This document shows, piece by piece, positions 37,504-48,908 of a DNA stretch of 64,000 bases; the first letter of the stretch is position 1; each line of letters opens with the position of its first letter. The notes beneath the pieces are model-generated. The model did no database searches and was not told where the DNA came from. It saw only the letters and a list, made by a program, of their open reading frames with translations. Source of the DNA: Candidatus Latescibacterota bacterium. Its GTDB lineage: Bacteria > Latescibacterota > UBA2968. Position numbers and translations under genes: made by a program. Location of the stretch: NCBI GenBank assembly GCA_965208125.1, contig OZ242320.1, forward strand, positions 4,128,001 through 4,192,000, in the 5' to 3' direction.

Positions 37504-40317
37504 TCAGTTGTTGCTCCTCCAAACAATTTTTCTTTTTTTTCCTTCGACCTCGCGAAACACGGCCAGTCTTCTGGATACAGTGATTCCGAGTTTATAAGTG
37601 CCCAGATCAGACACCTTTTTGGATTCCCAAAGTACCACTTCCGGATGGTCGGGCGTACCGCGATAGGTCACCAATTGCCCCTTTTCGAAAGCAGCATAAT
37701 GGAAGCCGCCGTCAGGGTCCTTTGATCGAGATCGCCAAATCGCGTCACCACTCCTGCCTGGAGCACCTCGACGAAGTACCAGCTTTCCATTATCATGCAT
37801 CTTCAAATAGCATTCCAGGCGGGGGAATACGCGGACATCTCCGATCATAAACCGCTCACCTTCGTTCAGTATTACTTGATGAATCTCATCCCGCCAGTCT
37901 GCCGCGCTGTTTTCCGAGACGTCGCCCACGGCAATCTGAATTTCACGCTGACTGGATATACCGGTTTTGTCCTCTGCCACAGCCTCCAAATGATATATCC
38001 CGGGCTTCAGTGCTTTCAGGAGTTCATCGCTCGAACTGCTCCAAATCTGCGGTTTGGTTGCAGTGAGAAGCAGGCCGTTGAGATAAAGCTTCACCTCCCG
38101 AATGCCATCTCCATCGGTCGCATCTACTTCCACCCGGAGTTCAGTTTCTGCCGGAAAACGCGCGCCGTCCTTCAGGTTTGTAAAACGCACTTCCGGGAAG
38201 TCTCCTTCCCGCTGTACGGTGATGACCTCTTTTTCCACTTCCGCCAGAGTGCGGTTCCAGTCCATAAAGTGGGTCCGGGCCATCAATTGCGTTTTGTATT
38301 GGGGCGTGAGAATCGAGGCATAGGTCTTCCATTCCTCTACTGCATCTTCTAAATGGGCCACGGCTTCATCATTAAACTGTTTCCGCTGGCGATCTTCGCG
38401 AAATATCGCCAGTTTGGCTGCACCGCGCATTTTGTCGGCATAATAACGGCCGAGATAGGCCATGCTTTCAATATCGTTCAGCGTTTCCCGCAATTCCACG
38501 TTATCGCCTATCTGTGCCCACAACGCCGGGAGTGCTTTTAGTGCAGTAATTGCATATTCGTCCAGGTTATCCGCCACCTGCAACGGCGTGATACCCTTCA
38601 GGTTTTTGCCCGCAAGAAAAGCCTTTGCCCACTCTGTTACGGAGTGAATGCCCGATCCACGCATTGGGTCCCGATCAAAATAGTAGTCATCCACAGTCAG
38701 AAAACCCTGGCGCTGCATACACCCTTCCGGCGCGAAGTTTCCATCGGTGCCAGACCAGACGGATCTGTTAAGCTGGGGGATAATCTCGGAAGTTGACTCC
38801 CAGGCATCGTAAAGCAGCCTGGCATCTACACCGGGAAAACGATGCTTCAGGACAGCTTCCCAATAGTCCCGATCGAGTGACGAATTATAAGATAGCTGCC
38901 CCCACAGCCGGAAACGATACCAGTGCTTATCAATCTCCAACCGCCCGGACATTTCTGGATTCCTGGCGATAAACTCGCGGCCCCAGACATAGCCGTCCGA
39001 GCCTGTGTAAAAGCCGGGCGAATGGTCGTGTGGCATCTCTTTAATAAACTCGCGCACAAAATCTGGGCTGCCCCAACGGTGCAGGAAGATATCGTCATTG
39101 CGCAAGTTGAGCCAGACTTTGAAATTATCCAGCCAGCCATCATTTACGATGCGCCTTTCCCATTCCTGCGGCCTTCTCATCGAATAGATATGCGCGACCG
39201 CATACTTCACACTGGTTTCCAGGGTGCCACCCGTATAATTTTTAAAGGCATCTGTAACGTAGTAATGGTCTGTTACGTGTCTGCGAAAAATAAAGCGAAT
39301 TTTGCGATCGGGTTGCTGCTCTAATACGTCCATAACACCTCGGCCGTAGGTGTCGAATATAAAGTTTTCGATCGCATGCATGCCTTTAATTACATTGTCC
39401 GCGTTTTCGCCAGCCGTGACGCCAATCCCCGCTATCTGCGGGTAGGTCAGCAATGCCTGGCGCACACTCTTTCGCATATAATCGACAGTGACGGGGTTGG
39501 TCTGATCCTGCGTTATGCCGTGTTTTCCAGTCGCGCCAAAAGTGAAGACGTTCCAGTGAAAAAGATAAATTTCAATCCCGCGATCCTCCGCGTATTGGAA
39601 CACCCGCTGCCAATGCGCAATTTTTTCTTCGATAGAGATCTTTTTTACCAGCTTCAGGGTGCCCGGTTTGTCAAAATCCACATCCTGCCACTTGTTTTTA
39701 GTCTGCGGATAAATATCGACGCCGATGCGATAGACATCATCCAGCGCGACTTCGGGGTATTCCTCTATCTTGATAATGGAAGGATATGGATGGGTCGTCC
39801 ACAGGCTCAGCACGTTGTAGCGATAGCGCGCGAGGTCATCGAGATAGGCTTGCCAGAATTCAAAGTCCCAGACCGTTTCAATATTGTTCTGTGCCGAATC
39901 GCCCGTGTCGTCGTAGGATGGGGTGCGCGCATCCAATGGGATATTAAATTTGATCCCGCGCTTTTTCACAAAGGGGGCGCGTTTCTGATCCTCAATCGGA
40001 AGGCCGAGGCGCAAAAGGTCGGCTACTTCGAGACCGCCATACATCGCCCCGGTTGCATCCGTACCGATAATCTCTATCCCGGTCGGTTCAACAGACCGAA
40101 TTTGAAATGTTTCGGGTGATGTCTCATCCGGCTTAATGGTTAACGAAACATGCAGATTTTCCCGCTCCGTCTCTTTTAATGCACCTTCCAGTTCCTGCGC
40201 CGCGAATACCAACTGCGGAATCTTTGCATCGTATTCGACCACAGCCGCGAGGCGACCCGGTATGAGAATGATCAAGACGAATATCAAATAGAGGAATGAA
40301 CACGGTCTCTTTTTCAT
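37504..40317 (-). CDS. Large secreted putative glycoside hydrolase/carbohydrate-active protein with a C-terminal Ig-like domain
   Basis: Signal peptide, [28 protein letters not shown] and Ig-like ATDGDGI..V..Y.NG...LEAVAED. Confidence 0.6.
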   Translation of the reverse strand: MKKRPCSFLYLIFVLIILIPGRLAAVVEYDAKIPQLVFAAQELEGALKETERENLHVSLTIKPDETSPETFQIRSVEPTGIEIIGTDATGAMYGGLEVADLLRLGLPIEDQKRAPFVKKRGIKFNIPLDARTPSYDDTGDSAQNNIETVWDFEFWQAYLDDLARYRYNVLSLWTTHPYPSIIKIEEYPEVALDDVYRIGVDIYPQTKNKWQDVDFDKPGTLKLVKKISIEEKIAHWQRVFQYAEDRGIEIYLFHWNVFTFGATGKHGITQDQTNPVTVDYMRKSVRQALLTYPQIAGIGVTAGENADNVIKGMHAIENFIFDTYGRGVMDVLEQQPDRKIRFIFRRHVTDHYYVTDAFKNYTGGTLETSVKYAVAHIYSMRRPQEWERRIVNDGWLDNFKVWLNLRNDDIFLHRWGSPDFVREFIKEMPHDHSPGFYTGSDGYVWGREFIARNPEMSGRLEIDKHWYRFRLWGQLSYNSSLDRDYWEAVLKHRFPGVDARLLYDAWESTSEIIPQLNRSVWSGTDGNFAPEGCMQRQGFLTVDDYYFDRDPMRGSGIHSVTEWAKAFLAGKNLKGITPLQVADNLDEYAITALKALPALWAQIGDNVELRETLNDIESMAYLGRYYADKMRGAAKLAIFREDRQRKQFNDEAVAHLEDAVEEWKTYASILTPQYKTQLMARTHFMDWNRTLAEVEKEVITVQREGDFPEVRFTNLKDGARFPAETELRVEVDATDGDGIREVKLYLNGLLLTATKPQIWSSSSDELLKALKPGIYHLEAVAEDKTGISSQREIQIAVGDVSENSAADWRDEIHQVILNEGERFMIGDVRVFPRLECYLKMHDNGKLVLRRGAPGRSGDAIWRSRSKDPDGGFHYAAFEKGQLVTYRGTPDHPEVVLWESKKVSDLGTYKLGITVSRRLAVFREVEGKKRKIVWRSNN

Positions 40318-40348
40318 TATTTTAATCCTCTAATCCTCGAAATAGACA

Positions 40349-41623
40349 TCAACTCGTCTTCAATTCATCAATATTATCCCGCAATTTTTGGAACGCTTCG
40401 AGAATGAGGTCCATGTTTTCGCGCGGTCCGAGAAGAATGCGGTGCGTGAGATCAAGGGCTTCGGTTTCGTGAATGCGCTCGGCTTCGGGACAATAGACTT
40501 TGGTGTAGTCGATGGGATCCGCCTGGTACAACGGGCAGCGGATTGGACAGCCTGTTTCTCCCCATTTGCCACTGGCAAACATGCTAAATTGATAGAGGGG
40601 CTTTGTCGGGCCAATGCCACAGGGCACGCCTTCGGCCTGGAGCGCTTTGCGGAATCGTTCGCGGTGGATGCCTTCAAATTCTTCGGAGATAAATTTGAAG
40701 TGCCAGCGATAGGGGTTCCAGCGGGTGACGCGCTCGTCAATGTCGAGGCCAGTGAGTCCGGGAATAGATTCCATTCCTTTGTGGAGGTACTTGAGATTTT
40801 CCCACCGAATTTCTGCCTGTTCTTCGAGGCGGGTGAGTGCGATCAGGCCGATGGCCGCTTCAAATTCGCCCAGTCTTAAGGTTGTGGCAGGCCAGGTGAA
40901 GTTCATACTTTCTTCGCCTCTGTCTCGGCCTGCATGATGATACCGAAAGGCTTTTTCGTACAGGCTTTCGTCTTTGGTCATCACCACGCCGCCTTCGCCT
41001 ATGGCGAGTACTTTGCCGGGCATGCAGGAGAATCCAGCAATGTCGGCTTGAGATCCCACGCCTTTGCCTCTCCATTGCCCGCCGTGCGCATGAGAACAGT
41101 CACTGACCAGGCCGATGTTGTGTTTGCGGCAGATGTCACCTAAAGCATCTGTATCGCAGGGCATGCCGCCCATATCTACGGCAACCACTGCCCGTGTGCG
41201 CGGCGTGATGAGGGCTTCTACGCTTTTGGGATCAATGGTGTAGTTACGCGGGTCGATGTCGGCAAAGATGGGGATGCCATTGCAAATCATGATGCAGGAA
41301 GCAGATGCGATATAAGTTGATGCAGGGACAATGACTTCACAGCCAGCTTCGACGCCGAGGGCGCGCAAGCAGGTTTCGAGTGCTGTGGTGCCTGTGGAGA
41401 CAGCAAGGGCGTATTTGCTGTCGTGAAATTCTGCAAAGGCCCGTTCAAATGCGTAGAGTTTGCTGTCGCCATGGTTGTAATAGTCAAAGCCACTGCGCCC
41501 CCATTTGTGACTGCGAAGGACGCCGACAACGGCTTTTTCTTCGCGTTCATCGTGAACCGGCCAGGGTTGGCGCAGGTCTCTATTAACCGTTTTTGAACCA
41601 CCGTTGATTGCGAGTTCAGGCAT
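40349..41623 (-). CDS. DegT/DnrJ/EryC1/StrS PLP aminotransferase
   Basis: MPELAINGG, GTTAL, DCSHAHG and FSCMPGK...GEGG. Start placed at ATG 41623. Confidence 0.9.
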   Translation of the reverse strand: MPELAINGGSKTVNRDLRQPWPVHDEREEKAVVGVLRSHKWGRSGFDYYNHGDSKLYAFERAFAEFHDSKYALAVSTGTTALETCLRALGVEAGCEVIVPASTYIASASCIMICNGIPIFADIDPRNYTIDPKSVEALITPRTRAVVAVDMGGMPCDTDALGDICRKHNIGLVSDCSHAHGGQWRGKGVGSQADIAGFSCMPGKVLAIGEGGVVMTKDESLYEKAFRYHHAGRDRGEESMNFTWPATTLRLGEFEAAIGLIALTRLEEQAEIRWENLKYLHKGMESIPGLTGLDIDERVTRWNPYRWHFKFISEEFEGIHRERFRKALQAEGVPCGIGPTKPLYQFSMFASGKWGETGCPIRCPLYQADPIDYTKVYCPEAERIHETEALDLTHRILLGPRENMDLILEAFQKLRDNIDELKTS

Positions 41624-42860
41624 TGGAGCGTTCCTTGTGGGATGAATTATCGTGCAGTTTTGTGAGTAAGGTTTGCGTTTCGTCAATCCAGCGTTCACCT
41701 GTGCCGGGAACAACGCAAGCGCGGTTGTATTCGAGTGGGTCATCTGGGTAGGGGGTAACGCCGTAGCCACCGAAATTATACGCGCGGCGATTTGGCACAT
41801 AGCCACATGACCCCTGGGAATAGCCCATGACAATCGTGCGCGCAAAGGGGGATGACGATTGGGTGGATAGAGATAGCTCGATGAAGGGTTCACCCTGCCA
41901 GAAGACGAGTGCCAGGTCGTCGCTTATGCGGATGGCGGGGATTTCGACTCGGATGGTTTTTTCGTTTGTGTATCGGTTGGGAAGTGTGTCTTGCCAGCGC
42001 TCTACTTTAAGTGAAAGATTTTTTTCTGGCGTTGCTTGTGTCCAGGCAACGATGGCTTCTCTGGCGAGTGCTTTGCCCATTTCTTCGACCGTATCATAAT
42101 TGTCTCTGGGTTCCTGAATCGGAAGTATGTTGCCACATGCCCCTTGTAGAAATATTGAGAAGGGTACAGATGTGCCTGCTTCAAAGTGGTGACAGGTTTC
42201 GCCGGGATATTCGGCGGTGAAGAGACGATTGGCGGTCATCATGATGACGGGATGAGCGGCAAAGTGGATTGCGGTCGCGATGGGTTGGCCTTGGGGTGTG
42301 TCGAATCGCAGGACAGTGACTGCGGGGTCAACAGGGCCGTTGGGCAGTTTTTGGGGATTGAGGTTAAACGATTTAAAGCTTCCGTCGGGCAATATCTGGC
42401 GTCTGTTATAGGCGAGGTCGGTGTTGACAGCGCCCGTTGAGAGTGTGGTGGGTTTGAGATTGGTTAGAGATTCGACAGCAGCCTCGACAACCTGCTTTCT
42501 TATGTGAACAATCGCATCATCTTCGGGGCTTCCGCCAAAGTAATAGATGCATTCTGGACCACTGTGATTGTGGGTGCTACACAGGATCAGGTTTTCGGGC
42601 GGAAGATCGGATTGTGCGGCAAAAGCATCGCGCATGGCATCGACGTCGATCCACTGAAAGCTCAGGAGATCTGCCGAGCAAATGACGATAGTAGTCGTAT
42701 CGTCAGATAGTGCCAGTGCTTTGACGTATAATGGGTCATGGATGCCTTCTGCAATGCGAGGTTGCATGGGCGAGCGGTTTACAGGGAAAGCACCCATGGC
42801 TGATCCCGTAGATGGTGTGATGTCTCGTTGTGCTGTACCAATTTTTATTATATCTGCCAA
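41616..42860 (-). CDS. Neutral/alkaline ceramidase-like hydrolase
   Basis: DITP, GIHDPLYVKAL, STHNHSGP, FAAHP, QGACGN and GEPF.E. Confidence 0.8.
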   Translation of the reverse strand: MADIIKIGTAQRDITPSTGSAMGAFPVNRSPMQPRIAEGIHDPLYVKALALSDDTTTIVICSADLLSFQWIDVDAMRDAFAAQSDLPPENLILCSTHNHSGPECIYYFGGSPEDDAIVHIRKQVVEAAVESLTNLKPTTLSTGAVNTDLAYNRRQILPDGSFKSFNLNPQKLPNGPVDPAVTVLRFDTPQGQPIATAIHFAAHPVIMMTANRLFTAEYPGETCHHFEAGTSVPFSIFLQGACGNILPIQEPRDNYDTVEEMGKALAREAIVAWTQATPEKNLSLKVERWQDTLPNRYTNEKTIRVEIPAIRISDDLALVFWQGEPFIELSLSTQSSSPFARTIVMGYSQGSCGYVPNRRAYNFGGYGVTPYPDDPLEYNRACVVPGTGERWIDETQTLLTKLHDNSSHKERSNA

Positions 42861-42941
42861 GGCTCAGATGTCCTGTTTTGAATGTTCAGGAAACCCACAC
42901 TGTTTTGTATTCGAACCATCTTCCTTCTGTTGAAACGCTAC

Positions 42942-44357
42942 TTAAAGCTTCATCGCATTCCACGGTTGTGTCGGATAATCTACCCACTGTTTTGATCCGC
43001 GCTCAAACGCCCACCGATACTCAGCGATTGCGCCTGCTTGTAGCTCTGCAATTCGCGGTGAATGTGCCGGATCATTTGCCAAATTTACAAACTCATACGG
43101 GTCTTCAGCAATGTGATAAAGCTCTGGTCCATAAGGTCCGTGAATATATTTCCACTCCTGCGTGCGAATGCTCAGGCTCAAATCTCGCGGATACTGTAAC
43201 TCCGTAATCGCCACCTCGCGTTCACGTTCACGACCATCAACCAGCACCTTCAGACTCATGCCGGGTAAATGCGCGGGGATATCCATCCCCGCAAAATCGA
43301 ATGCTGTAGGTAGTACATCCAAGAGATTCACAAGTGAATCGCTCACCAGACCCGTTTGAAATCCCTTTGGCGGCTTTACAATGAATGGAATGCGAATGGC
43401 CTGTTCGTAGAGATTGTATTTCGAAAATGCGGTTACCCCTCGCGATCCCAACAGTTCACCGTGGTCAGAGAGAAAAATGATCAGCGTGTCATCGTACAAT
43501 CCATTGCGATCCAGGGCGTCTATCACTTGCTGATGGCTCCGGTCGCAGGCTGTGACAAAAGCCATGTAATTTGCAATCGCATCTCGTAGTTCTTCTCGCT
43601 CTAATCCGACAAAATTGGGATAAGCATCTCTATCGGGTAAATTATCCGGCGGTTCAGGGGGCAACGCAACGTCGGCAGGGTTATATAAATCTGCCAAATT
43701 AGCTGGCGTTACGTGAGGTGCGTGAGGCCCTGACAAACTGCAAATCATGAAAAACGGATTGTCCTTGTTTTTTTCCACAAAGGCAGCGGCCTGCCCGCCA
43801 ACCCACCAGTCGCGCGTTTGCTCTAATCTCAAGCTGGTCGTAAATCCCTTAAATGCCGCCGCACAATTGTCTCCACCCCGACCAATCCCACGCGCTTCCC
43901 GCTCGCCCGTCCCCGTCTCCGCCCAATCCCGATGTTCCGCCACAAAATGGCTGTCCATACGCTCGCCCGTCTCGTGAAACGGCCCTGCCCGATGATCAAA
44001 TCCGTAATAGTTGTCGCGTTCAATAGCCGCCTGATACGGTATTGTATGCATCTTGCCAAAGGCACCCGTTACAAAACCCGCCTGTCCAAACGCCTTTCCC
44101 ATTGTCCAATCGGGGATTTGTGCGGGATTCAGTAAATGCCGATTGGAATAAATCCCTGACTGAAATGCATATCGCCCGTGCAACATCGAATGGCGACTCG
44201 GCAAACACGGCGATACAGCACACGTTGCCTGCGTAAACCGCATGCCCTCCCGAGCCAAGCGATCATACGCTGGTGTCTGCAACCCCGGATAATCCGCACA
44301 CCCGAGGAAGGAATGCGCGTGCTGATCGTTCATTAAAATCACAACATTCATAACCAT
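42942..44357 (-). CDS. Sulfatase (Cys type, choline-sulfatase-like)
   Basis: CLPSRHSMLHG, GKMH, PHAP and SDHGE. Confidence 0.9.
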   Translation of the reverse strand: MVMNVVILMNDQHAHSFLGCADYPGLQTPAYDRLAREGMRFTQATCAVSPCLPSRHSMLHGRYAFQSGIYSNRHLLNPAQIPDWTMGKAFGQAGFVTGAFGKMHTIPYQAAIERDNYYGFDHRAGPFHETGERMDSHFVAEHRDWAETGTGEREARGIGRGGDNCAAAFKGFTTSLRLEQTRDWWVGGQAAAFVEKNKDNPFFMICSLSGPHAPHVTPANLADLYNPADVALPPEPPDNLPDRDAYPNFVGLEREELRDAIANYMAFVTACDRSHQQVIDALDRNGLYDDTLIIFLSDHGELLGSRGVTAFSKYNLYEQAIRIPFIVKPPKGFQTGLVSDSLVNLLDVLPTAFDFAGMDIPAHLPGMSLKVLVDGREREREVAITELQYPRDLSLSIRTQEWKYIHGPYGPELYHIAEDPYEFVNLANDPAHSPRIAELQAGAIAEYRWAFERGSKQWVDYPTQPWNAMKL

Positions 44358-44371
44358 TCTCCATTGAGCGA

Positions 44372-45841
44372 TCAGTAAATATATCGCACCCGCCTGAACT
44401 CACCGAGCATCGGGTCTTTCACGCGTTCCATGTGATCTTGCATACATTGCATCAGCGATTCCTGCAACGCCTTGTGTGTCTCGTGACCGTAGAGGTTGTG
44501 CAATTCGTGCGGATCGTTTTCGAGGTCATAGAGCTCTCCGATATCCGATTGATTAAACGCGAACTTGTGCGTTCTGGTGCGCACCATACGAGACTTGTGC
44601 TCCTGAATCTGACCGTTGAACTGACAATACACGCTGTCACGCCCCGTCGGTTCATCCTCTCCCTTTAATAGTGGAAGAATGCTCTGTGTGTCGGGTACAA
44701 TATCGGGTTGCAGACCTGCGACTTCCAAAAAACTCGGAAATAGATCCTGCAGATAGACAAATTCGTTGTTCTCCCGGCCTGGCTGACGGCATTCGGGATG
44801 CGCTGCGATTAGAGGTAGGCGAAAACTCTCCTCATCAAAATAAGGCCCTTTTTCAAACAGCTTGTGTGCCCCCATATTGTCTCCGTGATCTGTGGAAAAT
44901 ACAACAAGCGTGTTTTCCGCCAGGCCGAGCGTTTTTAATTCGGAAAGCATACGCCCCACCAGATCATCGATCATCGTCATATACCCCCAGTAGCGCGCCG
45001 TAATCTCCGCCCATTCGTCCCAGTTGTTGGGATCAATCCCCCAATAACGAGACACCAGAGTCTGAACATAGGGGCGATTCTCCAGTGTATCGCAGAAACT
45101 CGGGTCCTCTGGAATTGACTTCGGGTCGTACATCGAGTAATACGGTTCTGGCACGATACACGGACTGTGCGGGCCCCAGAAATTGGTCCAGATAAAAAAG
45201 GGATCTTCTTCCTGTGCATACGCCTGCATAAGCTCAACTGTTTCCGAGGCAACCATGGCTTCGAAATTGTGCTCAATAGTTCCGGCATGGAGGCCGTGCA
45301 ATTCCCGATTTCGCTGCCCTGGATTTCCCTGAGCATAGAACGCTTCTATAAGCTCTGGAGGTTCCAGATTCTTCTCGTTCAAATAGTCCAGGTAATTCCT
45401 CGCAATCTGAGAATCCTTCCGCGCACCGCTCTTGATACCTGGCATATTGATATTGGATGCGGGATAGCCATATCCGGGGAAATCTCGTTTACAGCGAAAT
45501 CCCCAATCACTCGGATTCTTCTGGTGATCCACATGCCACTTTCCCGCATATCCCAGGTTGTATCCTGCCCGGGGTAGCTCTGTCGCGAAATTGGGAAGCG
45601 ACTGATCCAACTGCCCACCGTTGGTTTCAACCCCGGTAATGTGACCGTACCGACCTGTAAATAGCGCGGCTCGACCGGGCGCACATGGGATGATAAGCGG
45701 AAAAGCATTGTTGAAACGCACACCCCGGCTTGCCAGGTTGTCAATATGTGGTGTTCTGCACTGGGACGCACCATAACAACCCAGCAGATCCCAGCGCTGT
45801 TGATCCGTTAGAATGAGCAGAATATTCGGTTTCTCTTGCAT
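44372..45841 (-). CDS. Sulfatase (Cys type)
   Basis: PNILLILTDQQR, CAPGRAALFTG, GKWH and TDHGD. Confidence 0.9.
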   Translation of the reverse strand: MQEKPNILLILTDQQRWDLLGCYGASQCRTPHIDNLASRGVRFNNAFPLIIPCAPGRAALFTGRYGHITGVETNGGQLDQSLPNFATELPRAGYNLGYAGKWHVDHQKNPSDWGFRCKRDFPGYGYPASNINMPGIKSGARKDSQIARNYLDYLNEKNLEPPELIEAFYAQGNPGQRNRELHGLHAGTIEHNFEAMVASETVELMQAYAQEEDPFFIWTNFWGPHSPCIVPEPYYSMYDPKSIPEDPSFCDTLENRPYVQTLVSRYWGIDPNNWDEWAEITARYWGYMTMIDDLVGRMLSELKTLGLAENTLVVFSTDHGDNMGAHKLFEKGPYFDEESFRLPLIAAHPECRQPGRENNEFVYLQDLFPSFLEVAGLQPDIVPDTQSILPLLKGEDEPTGRDSVYCQFNGQIQEHKSRMVRTRTHKFAFNQSDIGELYDLENDPHELHNLYGHETHKALQESLMQCMQDHMERVKDPMLGEFRRVRYIY

Positions 45842-45851
45842 ACTTGCGTCC

Positions 45852-46643
45852 TTACATTTGAGATTCCCTGTTGAGGTCCATCACCTCGCGAACACCAGAA
45901 AATTCACGCCAGATATCAGTGAAGCAGTCGTTCCCATTTTCTTCGCAATCAACATGGCGCATACGAGAGATCGTGGCATAACGAATGTTAGGCGACGCGT
46001 TTGGGGCGGCAGTATGGTACACGAGAAAATGAGCAAGGATGAGATCCCCTGCTTCACCGGTAATCATTTCTGGTGATTCCGGCTGAGGTATGCGCGGCTG
46101 TCCCTTGGATAGAACCTCTATGCCCTCTTTTTTGAGAAAAGCTTGATAGACATGGTGAGACCCGGACCAAACGGTGAAATTGCCACTATAAGGTTCGGGC
46201 ACATCGGCGAGATAGATGACACCAAAGCAAGTGAAGCTCCGTTTATAGGTTCCTTTAGGTTTGCCATTTCTCCCGTTGCCCATATTGTCGATATGACCCA
46301 TCGGTTCGGATGGGTCTGCGTCAATATGCTTGGGAAACCGTGGCGCAGGACTTATGCGTTCAAGGGGTGTCTTGAGGTTTCCTTCGCCAAGCAGAGATTC
46401 TGCTAGAGAAATAATGGGGCTGTTGTGATACAAATCCGAAAGAACCGAACTGCCCCTCAGGTCCCCACCAAACCCACCGCCACCTCGATTGTTTGCCAGG
46501 TCTTCTTTACTTGGACCGGTTGAGCCGATAGAATGGTTCATCGCCTGACGCGCTCTGTCCACCATTGCTCTTGAAACTGCACCGGGGATTTTAATATAAC
46601 CACGGTGATAAAATTCACGAATTTGTTCATTGGTAAGTTTCAT
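45852..46643 (-). CDS. PhyH-family dioxygenase
   Basis: MKLTNEQIREFYHRGYI, GHID, VWSGSH and GEAGD...YH..PN. Start ATG 46643 after GGAGG. Confidence 0.85.
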   Translation of the reverse strand: MKLTNEQIREFYHRGYIKIPGAVSRAMVDRARQAMNHSIGSTGPSKEDLANNRGGGGFGGDLRGSSVLSDLYHNSPIISLAESLLGEGNLKTPLERISPAPRFPKHIDADPSEPMGHIDNMGNGRNGKPKGTYKRSFTCFGVIYLADVPEPYSGNFTVWSGSHHVYQAFLKKEGIEVLSKGQPRIPQPESPEMITGEAGDLILAHFLVYHTAAPNASPNIRYATISRMRHVDCEENGNDCFTDIWREFSGVREVMDLNRESQM

Positions 46644-46794
46644 GGATTTATTCCTCCAGGTGATATTCCTTAGGATGGGTCGTCGGGAGATTCTTACCGA
46701 CTTCGTCACGAAAACCTTCTTTCGGTCATTCGGGTGGATCGGAAAGAGCATTGAAGCCCATGTAATCCTGCCTGCGGACAAGGATCACATTTCT

Positions 46795-47658
46795 CTAACT
46801 CGCCATCGCCATTACCTGATCTTCATCTATCAGGAATTCTTTCGGTAAATCGAGGGGGTGGCCGTTTTCACACACGGGCAAATAATCCAGATATTTATTT
46901 CCAGGTCGGATCGCCCGCATCCAGGGCACATCGCGTTTGGCAATAAACGTCCCTGCCAGACCGATGCGTTGTTTGTTTGAACGGTTTGGTCCGCTATAGT
47001 GCAATGCATTTTGATGCCATACCAGAATATCTCCGGGGTCCATTTCACAGGCCACCGCGTCCTGTTCCAGGTCATAGCCCTGATCGCGCGGATCCACTTC
47101 CGTGAGTTTATTGCCCTGCCGCTGGTGTGCAATGCGTCCCAGTTTCTGTGAAAAAGGAATCAATTGCAAGCATCCATTCTCTTTTGTTGCCCGATCGATT
47201 GCAATCCAAAAATCAAACATCATAGGCTCGTTGGGATCATAGGGAGCCGGAGGCATGTTCCAGGCTGCAGAATCCTGATGCCAGGGAGTAACAGACCCGT
47301 GCCCGGGTGGTTTTAAAAAGAAACCACCGGCGTTTACACAAAAGTCATCCTGTAATACAGAGCGCACCAGCCCGACGGTTCGCGGATTTGAAATCATCTT
47401 TTTCCAGAGCGTCTCATTGTGATACGCCGGACTATTCAATCGATAAAATCGGTGCAGTGGATTTCTGGCATTCTGCTTGTCCTCCTTCACATGCCCGATT
47501 CCCAATCGCTCGTATATGTCGGCGTGTTCGGCAATAAACCGAACGCGTTCTTTGATTATGGGGATATCGTCACGGTTCAACAATCCCTGAAAGATGAAAT
47601 ATCCCTTTTCCAGCAATTCCAGGTTCCAATTCTTGTCGCGTATCTCGTCTCTTTTCAT
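46795..47658 (-). CDS. PhyH-family dioxygenase
   Basis: KPPG, PWHQD, ENGCL and LHYSGPNRS..R. Confidence 0.9.
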   Translation of the reverse strand: MKRDEIRDKNWNLELLEKGYFIFQGLLNRDDIPIIKERVRFIAEHADIYERLGIGHVKEDKQNARNPLHRFYRLNSPAYHNETLWKKMISNPRTVGLVRSVLQDDFCVNAGGFFLKPPGHGSVTPWHQDSAAWNMPPAPYDPNEPMMFDFWIAIDRATKENGCLQLIPFSQKLGRIAHQRQGNKLTEVDPRDQGYDLEQDAVACEMDPGDILVWHQNALHYSGPNRSNKQRIGLAGTFIAKRDVPWMRAIRPGNKYLDYLPVCENGHPLDLPKEFLIDEDQVMAMAS

Positions 47659-47681
47659 AATAGATTTCCTCTGTTAATCGC

Positions 47682-48833
47682 TTAATCTGCCAGCCCATCC
47701 TGGTTTTCATCGTCTATGCCGGCATAGGGGCTTTCGACGATTGCTTCCCAGGCCACCCGACGCATAATTCTATCAACCCGTTCGGGAATCCCCTCCGGCA
47801 CGTAATCGGCGATGGTTTCCGGACTTCTTCGGTAAAGCATTCCGAAGTACATATATCCCGCCAGTTGCTCAATCCCGCTTGTTCTGGATAAGTGACCGCC
47901 GTCTCGATAGATCCCGCGTTTGCCGGCTCGACCCCGATCTTCATCGATGCAGTCAAATTCGGGCAGTTCCCCTTCATGGTATAACCGGATCATTTTCATG
48001 ACGGCTTCTCCCGCTGGGATCATGTGAACTTTTCCAGGGTATTTCTCTTTCAAACGGGTGTATAGAAGTTCATCGATGGTTTTTTGCAGGTATTTGTGAT
48101 CGGCCTCCAGGCTGGCCATTACCTCGTCGGACTGCTTTTCCTTGTAAGAGGGAAGATGTCGTGGCCATCCGTCCTGGATGTAGAATCTCATTTCGGGATT
48201 GTTCTCAAGGCAGAAGTCGATCCACTGTGTGTAATACTCGGGCAGGTCATCGTAATAGCAACCCCAGGTCATGACGTCCCATTCTCCAGTCGCAATCGCG
48301 GGCAGCAAAATGGGCGCAGGGGGTGTGTCTTCGTTCCATTTACCGAATTCTTTGAGCCATATTGCATTGGCGGCTCCTGTCGATCCGCCCCCTCCGTGGA
48401 CGCGCTGGCGATGGTCCGTGTATCCCGCCGCCTCGGCAATTTCGAGGAGCTTGTTTCGGCCCGGTGCGACCCAGCTATGTCCTGTCATTACGATTCGGAG
48501 TCCATTTCCTTTCTCAAAGGATAGGGGGCGCGCCGAGTTTTTCCCCATTTCTATGAATTTGGCGAACTCGGCTTTGTCCGGTTTGTGAATCAGGGTCTTT
48601 TGAATCCGCGCGCCAGTCCGGTTGGGTTGCGTGCTGTTTGGCCCAATTGTTTCGGCCTGATATGCGCGCCATTCCGCTGCTGTAAGGATTCCGTCCTTAT
48701 TCTTATCCGCCTTCGGGTACTGCGCCAGAAATCTTTTGAAGCGCGGATCCGTCTCCGATGTTCTCTGTTGCGCCAGAGCCAGTCCCACAAAACTGCAAAG
48801 GCAAAATACAAAGATGAACCATTTTGTTTTCAT
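47682..48833 (-). CDS. Secreted hypothetical protein with an EF-hand-like motif and a possible SGNH-like domain
   Basis: Signal peptide, DKNKDGILTAAE, GHSW, IPAG and RDGGH. Confidence 0.6.
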   Translation of the reverse strand: MKTKWFIFVFCLCSFVGLALAQQRTSETDPRFKRFLAQYPKADKNKDGILTAAEWRAYQAETIGPNSTQPNRTGARIQKTLIHKPDKAEFAKFIEMGKNSARPLSFEKGNGLRIVMTGHSWVAPGRNKLLEIAEAAGYTDHRQRVHGGGGSTGAANAIWLKEFGKWNEDTPPAPILLPAIATGEWDVMTWGCYYDDLPEYYTQWIDFCLENNPEMRFYIQDGWPRHLPSYKEKQSDEVMASLEADHKYLQKTIDELLYTRLKEKYPGKVHMIPAGEAVMKMIRLYHEGELPEFDCIDEDRGRAGKRGIYRDGGHLSRTSGIEQLAGYMYFGMLYRRSPETIADYVPEGIPERVDRIMRRVAWEAIVESPYAGIDDENQDGLAD

Positions 48834-48871
48834 GGGCTACTCCTCCGTATTAGAATAGGGAAATACACCTG

Positions 48872-48898
48872 ACAATATAGCTTCCGATACCGGTCATT
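48872..48898. repeat. 27-nt direct repeat (matches 50068-50094) bracketing the CNNM gene
   Basis: acaatatagcttccgataccggtcatt vs acaatatagtttccaataccggtcatt. Confidence 0.8.
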
Positions 48899-48908
48899 CT
48901 TTGCGTAT

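Noticed and set aside
40349-46781. N-terminal extensions given by the ORF track (40349-41893, 45852-46781; also 18950-20488 and 9182-10285)
   Set aside because: Downstream ATGs with an RBS match the family N-termini. The extensions overlap neighbouring genes or gene relics.
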